A stretch of DNA of 64,000 nt from Phoronis australis (Eukaryota > Animalia > Phoronida), in the NCBI GenBank assembly GCA_002633005.1, contig NMRA01000187.1:615740-679739 (forward strand). Direction: 5' to 3'. The notes under the pieces were generated by a model. The model searched no databases and was not told the origin of the DNA. It saw nothing but the letters and a program-made list of their open reading frames with translations. The position numbers and the translations under genes are program-made. Shown piece by piece: positions 1 to 10,561 of the stretch. Position 1 is the stretch's first letter; each line of letters begins with the position of its first letter.

Positions 1-17
1 TCGTGAGCTACTTAAGG
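1..17 (+). CDS. Cyclin (B-related, cyclin P/CNTD2-like): 3' end of an exon truncated by the window edge
   Basis: Reads ..VSYLR then donor GTAAGG at 18. Joins in phase 0 to KREDEF of the next exon, matching the 'YLRxxE' helix that precedes the cyclin box. Confidence 0.7.
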
Positions 18-723
18 GTAAGGACTGGAAAGTGGTCACGGGACACCATTCGTACTTTTTTCGCAAAAAAGTCTTGTCAATGAACTCAACATTAACTGGT
101 GGGGATAAATCTTCAAAAATATGATTGATCGTCCCCGCTTCCATGTGTCTATGAAATGAAGCAAGCTTGTGTTTAAGCTGATGTTTCCTTTTCCCAGGCT
201 TTAGGACATTTTTTTTTCGTTATAGGTCATTTCTTAAAATTTGACTATACTGCAAGTATCGGGTTCATTGAAACGGTATATTTTTAACGACGTTTTTTAA
301 AGAGTCTACTCAGAGATTATTGGCCAGTTGTATGATTTGGCATAAGTCTTTGTGCAGACTCTGTAAAAAACGTCGAAAAGTTTAACTAGTGAAGCAGTCC
401 TTTAGAATCTCATTTGCAAGCACTTCTCCATAACTGAATCGCCCCCCAAAGCTGATTTTCGGAATTTTCAATTCTTATTTGTCGAACTGGATTGTTGCAC
501 GATTCAAATCATTTTTGTGGATATCCTAACACTTAAAATTGTGGTTGATACATAGGTTTTTCTTTCATTACATTGTGTCTACACAAGACATCGCAATGGC
601 ATCGGGAAGTTCCGTTGGTGGTCGTCTTGGCTTTCCGAAAGTCTCCTGTATTTCCTGCGCAAAATTGTACATTTTCACGAATTGTCTCTCACATTTCTGA
701 ACATGTCACCCATTTTCTTATAG

Positions 724-828
724 AAACGCGAAGATGAGTTTGTTATCTCCGCTGATTATCTGAACAACGACCCTGGCTTTAAACCCCAAATGCGAGCCAT
801 ACTGGTGGACTGGCTTGTTCAAGTACAG
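724..828 (+). CDS. Cyclin exon with the cyclin-box MRAIL motif
   Basis: Pyrimidine tract and TAG acceptor at 721-723. Translates KREDEFVISADYLNNDPGFKPQMRAILVDWLVQVQ. GT donor at 829. Confidence 0.93.
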
Positions 829-1113
829 GTATTTCTCTAACCTGACTGTTTGAGTAAAAGGAATGACTGACTCCTATTTGCAAGATTTCGAACTATAGAT
901 GTAGTACTGTACCCACTAAATTGCGCGATTTCCTGCTATTTTGATGATTGACAATGACATTGTAAAAATAAAGTTAAAATATGAACAAGGAGCAGCTGAG
1001 TCGCATTTTTTCCAACAGAGTATTTTCACAATTTGCTGAACTTAGTCTAAGTCTTAGACACAGAGGAGCTTCGTGTGTGTGCCTGTACATATAAATTTTC
1101 CTCAATGTTTTAG

Positions 1114-1269
1114 GCCTACTTGGAGATGTTCGACGGCACTCTTCAAATAGCCGTTCAACTTCTGGATCAGTTCCTCTCCAAACACATGGTGCTAGCCAGT
1201 CGTCTGCAGTTGGTTGGCGTCGCATGTCTCTTCATCGCCGCTAAACTGGAGGAGCGGTTCCCACCTGAG
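1114..1269 (+). CDS. Cyclin exon (Cyclin_N domain)
   Basis: TAG|AYLEMFDGTLQIAVQLLDQFLSKHMVLASRLQLVGVACLFIAAKLEERFPPE|GT. Contains the LQLVG..C.FIAAK.EE cyclin motif. Not in the ORF track. Confidence 0.93.
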
Positions 1270-1428
1270 GTGATCACTGGCAATTTATGAGCTAGGATAC
1301 TGCATAAAACTGTGCGTTTCCTGTTAACGTCTGGGCAATGTCGCTGTTGTTATCGCAAATGCAGATGGCTTATTCAAATAAAGACGGAAATAGGATGTCA
1401 AAATAATGTCTTTTTCCTTCTGATTCAG

Positions 1429-1587
1429 ATAGCGACCTTGACTCACCTCACTCAAGACGCCTACACCTACGATGACGTGACAGCGATGGAGATGACGGTC
1501 TTGAAGAAGCTAGAATTCAACGTCTGCCGACATTCACCGGAAACTTTTGTCGAGCGCCTTTGTCTGGCTGTGCCGGTCAACCAGATG
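1429..1587 (+). CDS. Cyclin exon (end of Cyclin_N, start of Cyclin_C)
   Basis: CAG|IATLTHLTQDAYTYDDVTAMEMTVLKKLEFNVCRHSPETFVERLCLAVPVNQM|GTGGGT. Has the ME..L..L.F motif. Part of ORF 1312-1602. Confidence 0.9.
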
Positions 1588-2824
1588 GTGGGTACATGTT
1601 AGAAGGTTTAAGAGAGATGTACCTGTCTCGGGTTGTGCTTTTCGTTAGCGCACTTGTTCATTCTTCTGGGTGTTCATGAAGGTTTTGTGCTTGTATGTCT
1701 GATTTGAAACTAGGGTGACTCCACCAACTGTCTGCCTTAAAGAGATTCCCAACTGCATCTACGGTTCTCTGAATGCACAGAGGAGATGAGTCGTTGTTAA
1801 AGCCAGTTTTTGGTTTCTTGTCATTTTCACAGATTATATTTAAACTCCATTTTGAGGTTATAAAATATCGCACGTAATATAATTTTTTTTCATTTACATT
1901 CATTCTTTGTCAGTCTACTATAGTGACGCCTGTTTTAAGTTTCGTTGTTTTATGATCTTGCAGTGAGTATACAATCAAAAAATCGTTTTGTCATCTTTTT
2001 CTCCTAACACATTGTTTTTAAGTTTCCACCACCCTTAGTTTTACCAGTACTTTGTATCTTGACAATAGAAACATTGCAAATATACATGTACGTAAATTGC
2101 ACGTTTGTCATTACTACGGTGTCCCAGTTTTGTTAACAAATATTCCATGAAATATGAATACCATAAAAGGATTTTAACACGTAGCAATAGTATTTTTCTT
2201 TTCTAGAAATCTCAATTTCTTTTGCAAGGCACAGGAGTTAGAACGATTCCACTGTTGACTCTAATTGCAAAGAAACGGCCAATGGATTATTTTACACGCT
2301 GCAAAGCTGACCGCTTCTCATTCAATTATGTTCAAATCGAAGTATACACTTTTCACTGCAAAGAACTTAGACTAGAATGGAACTGCACAACTGGTTGCGT
2401 ATGTTCTCTTCAACAAGATAAAACATCGGAACTTTTTCTAACTTCCGCCAATTGAAATCAAACTTTGGGGATCCTGGAATAAGAAAAAAACATATCTTGG
2501 TTTTCCTATTTTGAAACAATTTCGTTTACACGTTTGGGAGGTCATGTATCATGTAATAATTCTCAATCTTCCTTATTGGTAATTGTATATTAATATTATT
2601 ATACAGTTGCATATTTCATTGATAATGGTGATCTTGTATATCACTGTTATGTCGAATATTTGTATAAATGTGATGTGTATGGATGAATTTATTTGTATTA
2701 ATAAGAAATTTTTGTCACCAGATTCAATGCGTTCGACTCCCTGATATAAAGTTAAGACGCCTTTTTGGTTATTATTGTCAACTACGTTTTTGTAATAGAT
2801 GCAATTCTGTTGATTATGCTTCAG

Positions 2825-3067
2825 ATTAGGAACTTGTGCTACTATTTACTCGATCTGATCCTAACTGACAAGCACTGTATTGGGTTCCCGCCTTCCCTTC
2901 GTGCCGCCGCGTCACTCTGTATGGCTCGTCATATTCTCAAAGAAGATACCCACGAAGTCTGGACACCGTCCCTTGAATACTACTCCACCTACAAAGAGTC
3001 CGACCTTCTTGCCTGTTTAAAGAGGATGGCAAATATTCTGCTGAAGGTGGAAAAAAGTCGCCACCAG
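2825..3067 (+). CDS. Cyclin exon (Cyclin_C domain)
   Basis: CAG|IRNLCYYLLDL...FPPSLRAAASLCMAR...WTPSLEYYSTYKESDL...KSRHQ|GTAAG. Part of ORF 2765-3133. Confidence 0.92.
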
Positions 3068-4156
3068 GTAAGCACCAGGGATACATTTAATTTTTTAGCT
3101 TCTCTCGACACGGTGGCTGATCTACGTCCTTGAGCGTCTGAAGTTTGATCAGTCGTTGGGTCTCTCATCATGATTAAGAACAGTTAACCGGTCTCATTGT
3201 TCAATCATCACCTGCTCATATCCAATCCCACCTCGGGCGCTGCCCAATCCACTCACTCGTAGTCGCCCCTTCAACCCTTCTCAGTCCGGGTCGAACTTTA
3301 TGTCTTTGTGATGGTTGTTTCCAGATGCTCTATAATGCATTATTTAGACCACGGCGTTGCACTGCAAGGTGGGGTCCCACTCAGTGACGACCACTGAGGT
3401 AACTTATGCGCAGAAATCCGAAACTGGGGGACCCTCCAGAAAGCCCCACTTAGATGTGCGGTTGTGTAATTCGCCAGTAAGGCTAGTTATAACCATTCAT
3501 GCTCGTTGAAACATTGCTCGCCCATGCGCAATCTGTACACGAAACTCGCTCTCTAAAATGCCACGCTCTGAGAATAGACTTACAAATTTGGTTACCCTTT
3601 GACGCAGCGCCACCCATACTGAAAAGTGGCCCTGTGGAAACATGATGAACGGCTCACGGAATTCCGTGTATGGGCATCAATGCGCATGTCTTGGTCGGAA
3701 GTATACCGACACATCGCTACCTCGTGTACACGCCTTTATGCACAGTAGTTTGTTTGGGCTTAAGCCACTGGATCGGGGTTCGCTTGATTTTGTTTCCCTA
3801 TTTCGATCCCTGCTTGTTTTAATAAAATGCAACTATTCAAGTGAAAGGTGGTTGCCATACTATGCGTAACAGTAGACTGAAAGGAGTTTCCCAGATTTAA
3901 ACAAATGGGAAAGACTGAATGTTATGACGTCGGTTTCATTACTTTAACCAATGAGGAGCCATGTTAAACAACAATCGACAGTGCTACCTTTCGTAGCACT
4001 GTGATCTGACTAAAGAATCCTGCAGCGTGATTGGTTATACTTCGCGTCCGAGTTAGAAAATTAGATCCTTGGCCCTAATCTTGTCTAGACTTGCGTCTCA
4101 ATATCTTAAATCGTGAGGTACCTGTCGACTCATGGAATTTTATCATCTTTTTGCAG

Positions 4157-4288
4157 GGCGCACGTGAGAAGTTCGCATGCAGAGTCAAATTCGGAGCCAT
4201 TAGCACATTACCGGCTCTGACGTCGTCGCCGGTTGTTCACGAGTTGTCTGGTAACTGTCCCGCCTCTCCGCAACCAGAGAAAACTTAG
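4157..4288 (+). CDS. Cyclin terminal coding exon
   Basis: TTTTTGCAG|GAREKFACRVKFGAISTLP...EKT*. Resembles the cyclin A/B C-terminal 'A.R.KY...KF..IS' motif. AATAAA downstream at 4461 and 5160. Confidence 0.8.
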   Translation, partial: GAREKFACRVKFGAISTLPALTSSPVVHELSGNCPASPQPEKT

Positions 4289-6211
4289 GCTGGGTATTCA
4301 ACGGTCGTGGATCAAATTATTAGTCGTCGCACTGTTTGACTACGCTTGTGTTTTCAATGTCGACCAGAGCCAAAAACAATCAATGCTGGTGCATCTTTCG
4401 TAACCAATTGAACGGGTAGCGATACGGCCGCATTTCGAAGCAATGAGAGGTTGATTTACCAATAAATTCGCTGAAATCTTGCTGAATTCCACTGCAAGTG
4501 GGTGCGTTATACTTTGAAATGTATTCATTGTGTACACTGCATTTCAAGGTAAATGAAACACATTAGATGACATGACCCTGGAATACAAGATTATGAAAAT
4601 TATGACAGCATGCTGTTTATCATGAAATTGTTTTTCTTTTATGTTGACTGTACATATTTTATGCCGGGAAGTTAAATGTTTTTACATCTGTTGAGAAAAG
4701 TGAGTACGCTTGTGTTTCTTTTAAGAAGTGAGGCTAGGGATTTCTGACAAGGAGTCTTGCTTTTCCCTTCTTTGTCATAAAGGTCACTTTAGATCTGTGT
4801 CAGAATTACTATTAGCCAGACATTAATTGCAGAGTAAATGAGGGACACGGACCAGTGCACAGGAGTTGCTAAAAGTATATTTTCAACCGTCGAAACTCCA
4901 GAAAATTGCATTCTTACATTTTTATTATGTGTGAATTACTAGACGTATATTGCAGTGATGAGGATAAATTTGTGCCATGGGGTTTCAAGAAACGATGGGG
5001 TTCATTCTTGGCGGAAATTTGTGTTTATTTATTTATTTATTTATGCGAATGTATTTACACTTTTATGTTAGTGTTGCGTGTTAGAAATGAAAATGAAAAT
5101 TTGAAAAATAGTTTTACTAATTGTCCAAAAATGTGTAGCAAAGCATGTGTAATAATTCAAATAAAAGAGCTCAATCCCCTAAACGTACAAGAGAAAACTG
5201 CTCACGCAGTTTACAACTGCACAAGACTAGGTGGGACAAAACTGTTTTATTGTAGGCCATTCCCTGACAATTTCCTCGTGATGACAAATGTTGCTCAGTT
5301 GTTGTGAGAAGACTAGGGATTCATTGAAGCTGTCTAGCATTATTTCTACTTTCTTTCAATTACCTGCAGCTGTCCTGGTCTGTCGACAGAAAATTGTGTA
5401 ATGAAATTTTAACTTGTGCAACAATACTTGATATATGTAAGTCATTTAGTCTGGGACGTGTCTGTAAACTTGCCAAATATTTTTAGACGAGCAGTTAGTA
5501 GAAGAGAATTTATTTTTTAAAAAGAATGGTCGTCATAGACGGGTAATATGAGGTCTTTACTGTGATAGTGGCTCCTGTGATAGATTTACACAACTCAATG
5601 TACAAATGTTTGTCTTGGTATCTGTAATATAATTTCTGGTGTTTTAGACTTGTCTTGATTCTGCTCTTTCGCATAAAGAAATGTAGTGACATCGTGTAAA
5701 ACCGCACCGCGCGAAAGCTTTATGTAACGTTTCATGCATCCGACGAGACTACAATCTCGTTTGGTGGTGCACAGAACGAGTCCACGTGCTGGAGTGCTGG
5801 CATATTTGGTGCTTCGAAATAACCGCACTTCTTCTTGTACATGTAATGCACTGTGTCTGACTATTAGGAGGGAAAATTGAAAAAACCTGTTGCCAACAAA
5901 ACCTGTTTTTCAATCCCAGAGCCGGCAGGTCGCAAATGTGAAGTAATCCAGTCCATGCGGTGGCTTAACTGAACTCCAGGTAAGTTTGCGCAAAGGCTGT
6001 GAGTAAGTGCCTGGCTTGTGGAAATGTTTCAAAACACTTTGAAAAACATTTTTGAAGGCTTGATATTAATTTTTTTTTTGATTCAGTACGATTTGTTTCA
6101 ATTATCATCGGCGTCTAATCTCTGTACTCGAAACGCAACTTGAAAATTGACCAATTGCATGGCATTGACGTGATTGGTTAATTTTCAAGTCTGAATGTGA
6201 ATCTAGACTTA

Positions 6212-6370
6212 CAGGGGCGGATTCAGGATTTTGAGTTGGGTAGGGGGCAGGGCAGAGTATTGGCTAGGATTTTGCCGTCAGACATTCGCACCCCCGAACT
6301 GCCAAATGGAATCTGGCAGAATTTTAGCGGTGGCCATGGCCCCCTTGGCCCCCCTCTAAGTCCGCCACTG
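6212..6370. mobile_element. GC-rich MITE, family A (CA...TG ends, 5-bp TSD)
   Basis: Ends CAGGGGCGGA...TCCGCCACTG, flanks ACTTA/ACTTG. Internal sequence is shared with 30350-30514 and 30649-30787. Confidence 0.8.
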
Positions 6371-6867
6371 ACTTGGGTGCCAATTGGACCCTGGTGCCTG
6401 GAGTAATTACGAAATTTTTAAATATTTTTATGATGCCGGCGTCAAGCGTCAGCTGCTGTATCTCCTAAACCCCTTGCACAATCGTAATGAGATGTGTTCT
6501 TATGTAGCTGAAAACAGATGGCGACGACTTGGGGACCGTGTCGACTACTGCTGAATCGTGGCCCATCGCAGGATCTTCGTGAAATTTTACGAATGTGTTC
6601 CCATGGAGCTGACAAAGGATGACGACCAAACCGACTATCGTTGTGCCCCCAAGTGAAAATTTTAGATTATTTACGTTTGCCTCTGTATCTTCCGTGTTCT
6701 TTGGTGGATTTTCATGAAATTTGCCTAATAGGTTTCTAATAATGAGATGACAACACCATCCCATTTTGGAGTGACTTGGCGCCACGTAATGAGCATTTCT
6801 AAAATTTTTGTCCTTTGTTTTGCGCCCCTCTCTCATTTCGAATATTGTCGTATGTGTTTCTGAGTAG

Positions 6868-6982
6868 CGGACGAGTAATTTATAAAATTACGAAAAGCTG
6901 TAATTAAGTGGAAAATATGTCTAGGATAACCAACCAACCTTATTTTAGCTCAAAATGACATGGAAAAAGGTTGCCTTCGCCT
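6868..6982. mobile_element. Solo terminal fragment of the Kolobok-like element at 45186-46342
   Basis: About 115 bp matching 46230-46342, ending GGTTGCCTTCGCCT followed by TTAA. Confidence 0.85.
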
Positions 6983-8121
6983 TTAAGTTGATTTTCGACA
7001 GGGTTCGATTACATTGGCGCTCTCTAGTGGCGATTTTTTTTAGTCTACGGCTGTATCCTTTGCAGGATCTTAGCGAAATTTGGCGGAGGTGTTCCTATGG
7101 AGCTGACAACGGATGGCAACGAGTTTTAGAACAATTAGACTACTGTTAGTTTATTTACGTTTGCCTCTGTTTCTTTGTAGTTCATTGATGCATTTTCATG
7201 AAATTGTGTTCTTGATGAGAACATCGTAGCTGACGTTGATTTTTGGACCAGTCTGAGAACTGTGGTGCTCCCTAGTGGCGATTTTGTTGTTTTTTGCGTC
7301 CACAGTTTTATCTCCTTTAATCCTTTGCAGGATCGGAGTGAAATTTTGCAAGTGTTACCCGTATAAATGAGTCGGCGTCTGCCCACATTTTCTGGACGAC
7401 TCTTGATACTGCTGTGTCCCCTAGTATCAATACTACTGACTTTTTCCGTTTACCTCTGTATCTTAATTCTTCTTCAATGGTTTTCATGATAAAAAATTCG
7501 CAAATAAGTTTCTATATATTATGAAAAAGATGGCACGTTTCCACATTGAAATTGGATTTACGTATTCTGCACCACCTATTGGCCTTTTTAGTACCAAACC
7601 ACTGAGAGGATAATTATGAAAATTGGGAGGTGTGTTTCTACTGACGAGCAGAACTGGCGAGGATTTTTGGATGGTTCCAACTACTGTGGTGCCCCTTGCG
7701 GCATTCTTGCTTATGCAGCTGTATCTCCTAAGCCTCTTGCAAGATATTTTGGAAGTTTGACAACAGGTGAACTGATCGGACTACCGCTTCGCCTCCTAAT
7801 GTCAATTTGTTTTTTCACGTTCGCCTCAGTCCCCTTTGGGTTCTTTGGCGTATTTGTATGAAATTCAGGAAATTATTTCCTGAAGTTTCTATTTGAACGA
7901 CGGCGAAGAATTCTTATTCTTGGACAGAGGAATTAGTAAAAACAGCATATCAGGAAGCAGAATGATAATCGCGTCGTGTCGACTTTTCAGAACTGTTCGG
8001 TCATGATAGCCTAGCTATATGTATCTCTTCATCAAATCGCTATGTTGTAATGATCGAAGTTCGCACATGCACAGATATGACGCACTTCCGAAGAATGCGC
8101 AGTGGCTATACGAAATACTTT

Positions 8122-8246
8122 GGTAGCGTTCAGTAACGATAGGACCTCTCTAAAATCTAGCCAAAATCCTAATTTGAATACATGACAATATCTCACGTAA
8201 TCTCATGAAGTCTTGCTTTTTAGCGAGGGAGATCCTAGCTTTGAAC
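8122..8246. mobile_element. Degenerate copy of the ~150-bp Harbinger-like MITE
   Basis: Shares CGTTCAGTAACG.TAGGACCT and GAAGTCTTGCTTTTTAGCGAGG with 14791-14941 and 22478-22628. Confidence 0.7.
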
Positions 8247-8767
8247 TCTACCCCGAGGTGTTCCTTTAAGTCATACGCCAACTGAAGTCATGTGACTTTC
8301 AATCTGGAGAATGATAGACCATGTGGCTAAAGTCCAAACACAACGATAACGTCAACAGACAACTCCTCCTCCGGAAATTTGAAGCTAAGAAAATACCTGA
8401 GGCGTTCCGTATGCCTTAGACCTTGGTGTAGATAAGGCAGTAGATAGGTTATGCTTTGTTTTTTATCAGAGCCGAACAAATACAACACTACAACAAGTTT
8501 GAAATTTTGACTAGCATACGCACCCGAATTGAAATCTAAAGAACTTAAAATTTTCCTGCACAACAAAATTCAAAACTCTCTCCAGCACTCAATGACTGCA
8601 GCCATGGGTCTCCAAAATCCCCGGTGCATTTAATAATTTATAAACGTTTTTATAACACGCCCTTGCAAAGAGTAAAGGTTCGATAATTCTCCGTCTTCGT
8701 CACGAACTGTCCCTATTAGTCATGGCTTCACCACCTGTTTCAAGGAATGAACAATGATGTACATGCA

Positions 8768-9313
8768 CTACTCGTAATAGAGGGCGTACACCATAGCCAC
8801 GGCAAACAGAGATGTATTCGAGAAGGTCACATTGGCAAAATTGTCCGTATTATGGTTCCACAAACAGCGACTTCCGAACTGCATACCCGGTCGACCTTCC
8901 AAGCTTCCTATACTAACAACAGCAACGAATTTGTAACGTTTAAAGGGCATTTGTTTCACTCTCTCCATAATAACACCAGCTAAATCTTGGCTGAGCTGCT
9001 TGCACGTGTCAGGATCATACTTAGTGTCGAACAGTCTCTCCTCAAGAACACTCTTAGCAACGTTCTCGACGGATGAAACGCTAAACTTGATGTCTGGGTT
9101 CAGTTTGTAAGTGTTCTCTAGACGAGCAGCTCCGCGATAAGTCGCTGTGTCGCTGTGTCCCGCCATGGAGACGACGTCCATAGTACTCGCAGCATCATTA
9201 AAATTTGTCATTCCATTTTCGGCAACAGTCGTGAAGCGCCGCTGGGTTCTCTTTAAATGACCACCGTCGGCTGGGGGATGTGGTAGCTTTTTATCCCTGT
9301 GCTTCTGTGACAT
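8768..9313 (-). CDS. Dynein light chain Tctex-type (TCTEX1D1/DYNLT5-like), 181 aa, single coding exon
   Basis: ENTY.L.P, Y.P..C..L, RYKFVAVVSIG, SRCLW...TDNFA, SLFAVAMVYALYYE motifs. First ATG is at 9313 (the track's start at 9406 is TTG, with an in-frame TAA just upstream). Candidate 5'UTR acceptor at 9427-9428. Confidence 0.92.
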   Translation of the reverse strand: MSQKHRDKKLPHPPADGGHLKRTQRRFTTVAENGMTNFNDAASTMDVVSMAGHSDTATYRGAARLENTYKLNPDIKFSVSSVENVAKSVLEERLFDTKYDPDTCKQLSQDLAGVIMERVKQMPFKRYKFVAVVSIGSLEGRPGMQFGSRCLWNHNTDNFANVTFSNTSLFAVAMVYALYYE

Positions 9314-9999
9314 GATGTCGCTGGACGTCAAACTAAGAGGTGGACTTGGGCTAAGGGTTTCTACAACAGATGAAACGAGCGGCCCGTTACTGGGGGTAGT
9401 GTGCAATGAAACGCGCCTTTAGTAACCTGATAATATGTCAAAGTTGAAAGATTCTATCCGTGCATAAACACAATAACAAAAACACGGATAATGTAGGTTT
9501 ATCACATCAAACAATGTGATTGTTTTGTGTACAAAGGCTTATAGAAATGTTACAATCGTTTGCGTGTTCACTACACAATAACGATCATAACCGTTTTATA
9601 AACTCTACAAAGGCTGGTAAAAGGACCCATGTTATGAAAATAATTAAAGTCGGCGACCTGCAAACATATATTTGATTAAAATCAATTAATTGAATAATAA
9701 AAACATTAAATATGCCACACGTCCTTGAAGTTGAAAGTGCACTGAGTCACGTGACGCGTTATATGTTATTTAAGAATTCGCCACAATAACTGATAGGGTG
9801 TGTTTGATTGAAGCCTGTCGTGTAGTTTTTGGAATTCGGAAGAGAATATAACAAATTCGCAAACAGCAATATAATCCGACATTCAAATTAGGCCCATAAA
9901 CAGGAACTGACAATTTCAACTTCGCCGTCCAACCACATAACTCTGAGCATCTACATGTATAACCACTACTTTCATCGGTAGTCGTCACAAGTTTCACAT

Positions 10000-10140
10000 C
10001 ATGGGAGGCGCAACAGTAGGGGGCTGGGGGCTATAGCCCCACTTTTTTTAGTGCTGCGCCGCCCATGGTCTATGGGCATTGCACCACAGTAGGGCTGGAG
10101 GGCTTTAGCCCCCACTTTTTTCAGTTCTGCGTCGCCTATG
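10000..10140. mobile_element. GC-rich MITE, family B (dimeric)
   Basis: Ends CATGGGAGGCGCA...GCGTCGCCTATG with two ~70-bp internal units. Inverted homolog of 34005-34146. Confidence 0.75.
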
Positions 10141-10429
10141 ACATGTCCTTTCCTGGTCGTCTCTAAAAATTTGCCCTTTCACACACTTAGGACCTTACCG
10201 ACGCGCATGGGCATTTATTCAACTACCTGCCAAACCATAGATTTCAACCCAGTAAAATTAGCTATATTTTTGAAGAAAGAAAGCCTGTAAAATTTGATGT
10301 TAGACTTTTTAACAATCGGACTTAATTGAATCTTCTGGCCATAACGTTTCGGTAAAATTTTATTAGAAAAAAAGAAACGTACATTCATGGCAAAATAATG
10401 GTATGAATAAAACGACCAAATTCCATTTA

Positions 10430-10561
10430 CAACTATTATTGAAATCTCTTGGTCTATTTACACCGACCTCTAGTCTATATACACTGACACGACGTTTCGG
10501 TCGGTCTCTTCTCCGGCCATCGTCAGGTGTAAATAGACCAAGAGATTTTAATAATAATTGT
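10430..10561. repeat. Inverted repeat (~35-bp arms) enclosing the hammerhead; probable Penelope-like element remnant
   Basis: TATTATTGAAATCTCTTGGTCTATTTACACC pairs with GGTGTAAATAGACCAAGAGATTTTAATAATA. Confidence 0.8.
10487..10530 (-). ncRNA. Minimal hammerhead ribozyme motif (Penelope-like-element type)
   Basis: Minus strand: ACAC-CTGACGA-T-GGCCGG-AGAAGAGA-CCGACC-GAAA-C-GTC-GTGT. Core intact, stem I ACAC/GTGT, stem II 5 of 6 pairs, short ACGT palindrome in place of stem III. Confidence 0.75.

Noticed and set aside
3390-3450. Possible hammerhead (CTGAGGT...GAAA followed by a hairpin) in the cyclin intron
   Set aside because: The core deviates from CUGANGA, stem II is not convincing and there is no NUH triplet after stem III.
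5027-5043. Overlapping ATTTA run as an AU-rich element in the cyclin 3'UTR
   Set aside because: It cannot be distinguished from a (TTTA)n microsatellite, and the UTR end is unknown because an earlier AATAAA lies at 4461.
6380-7900. Region of degenerate GAAATTT/CTAGTGGCG subrepeats with short ORFs
   Set aside because: It is probably an old repeat with internal tandem units, but I could not define ends or a family, and the ORFs show no domains.
9314-9406. N-terminal extension of the Tctex1 ORF (212 aa)
   Set aside because: It starts at TTG with an in-frame TAA just upstream. The first ATG is at 9313.
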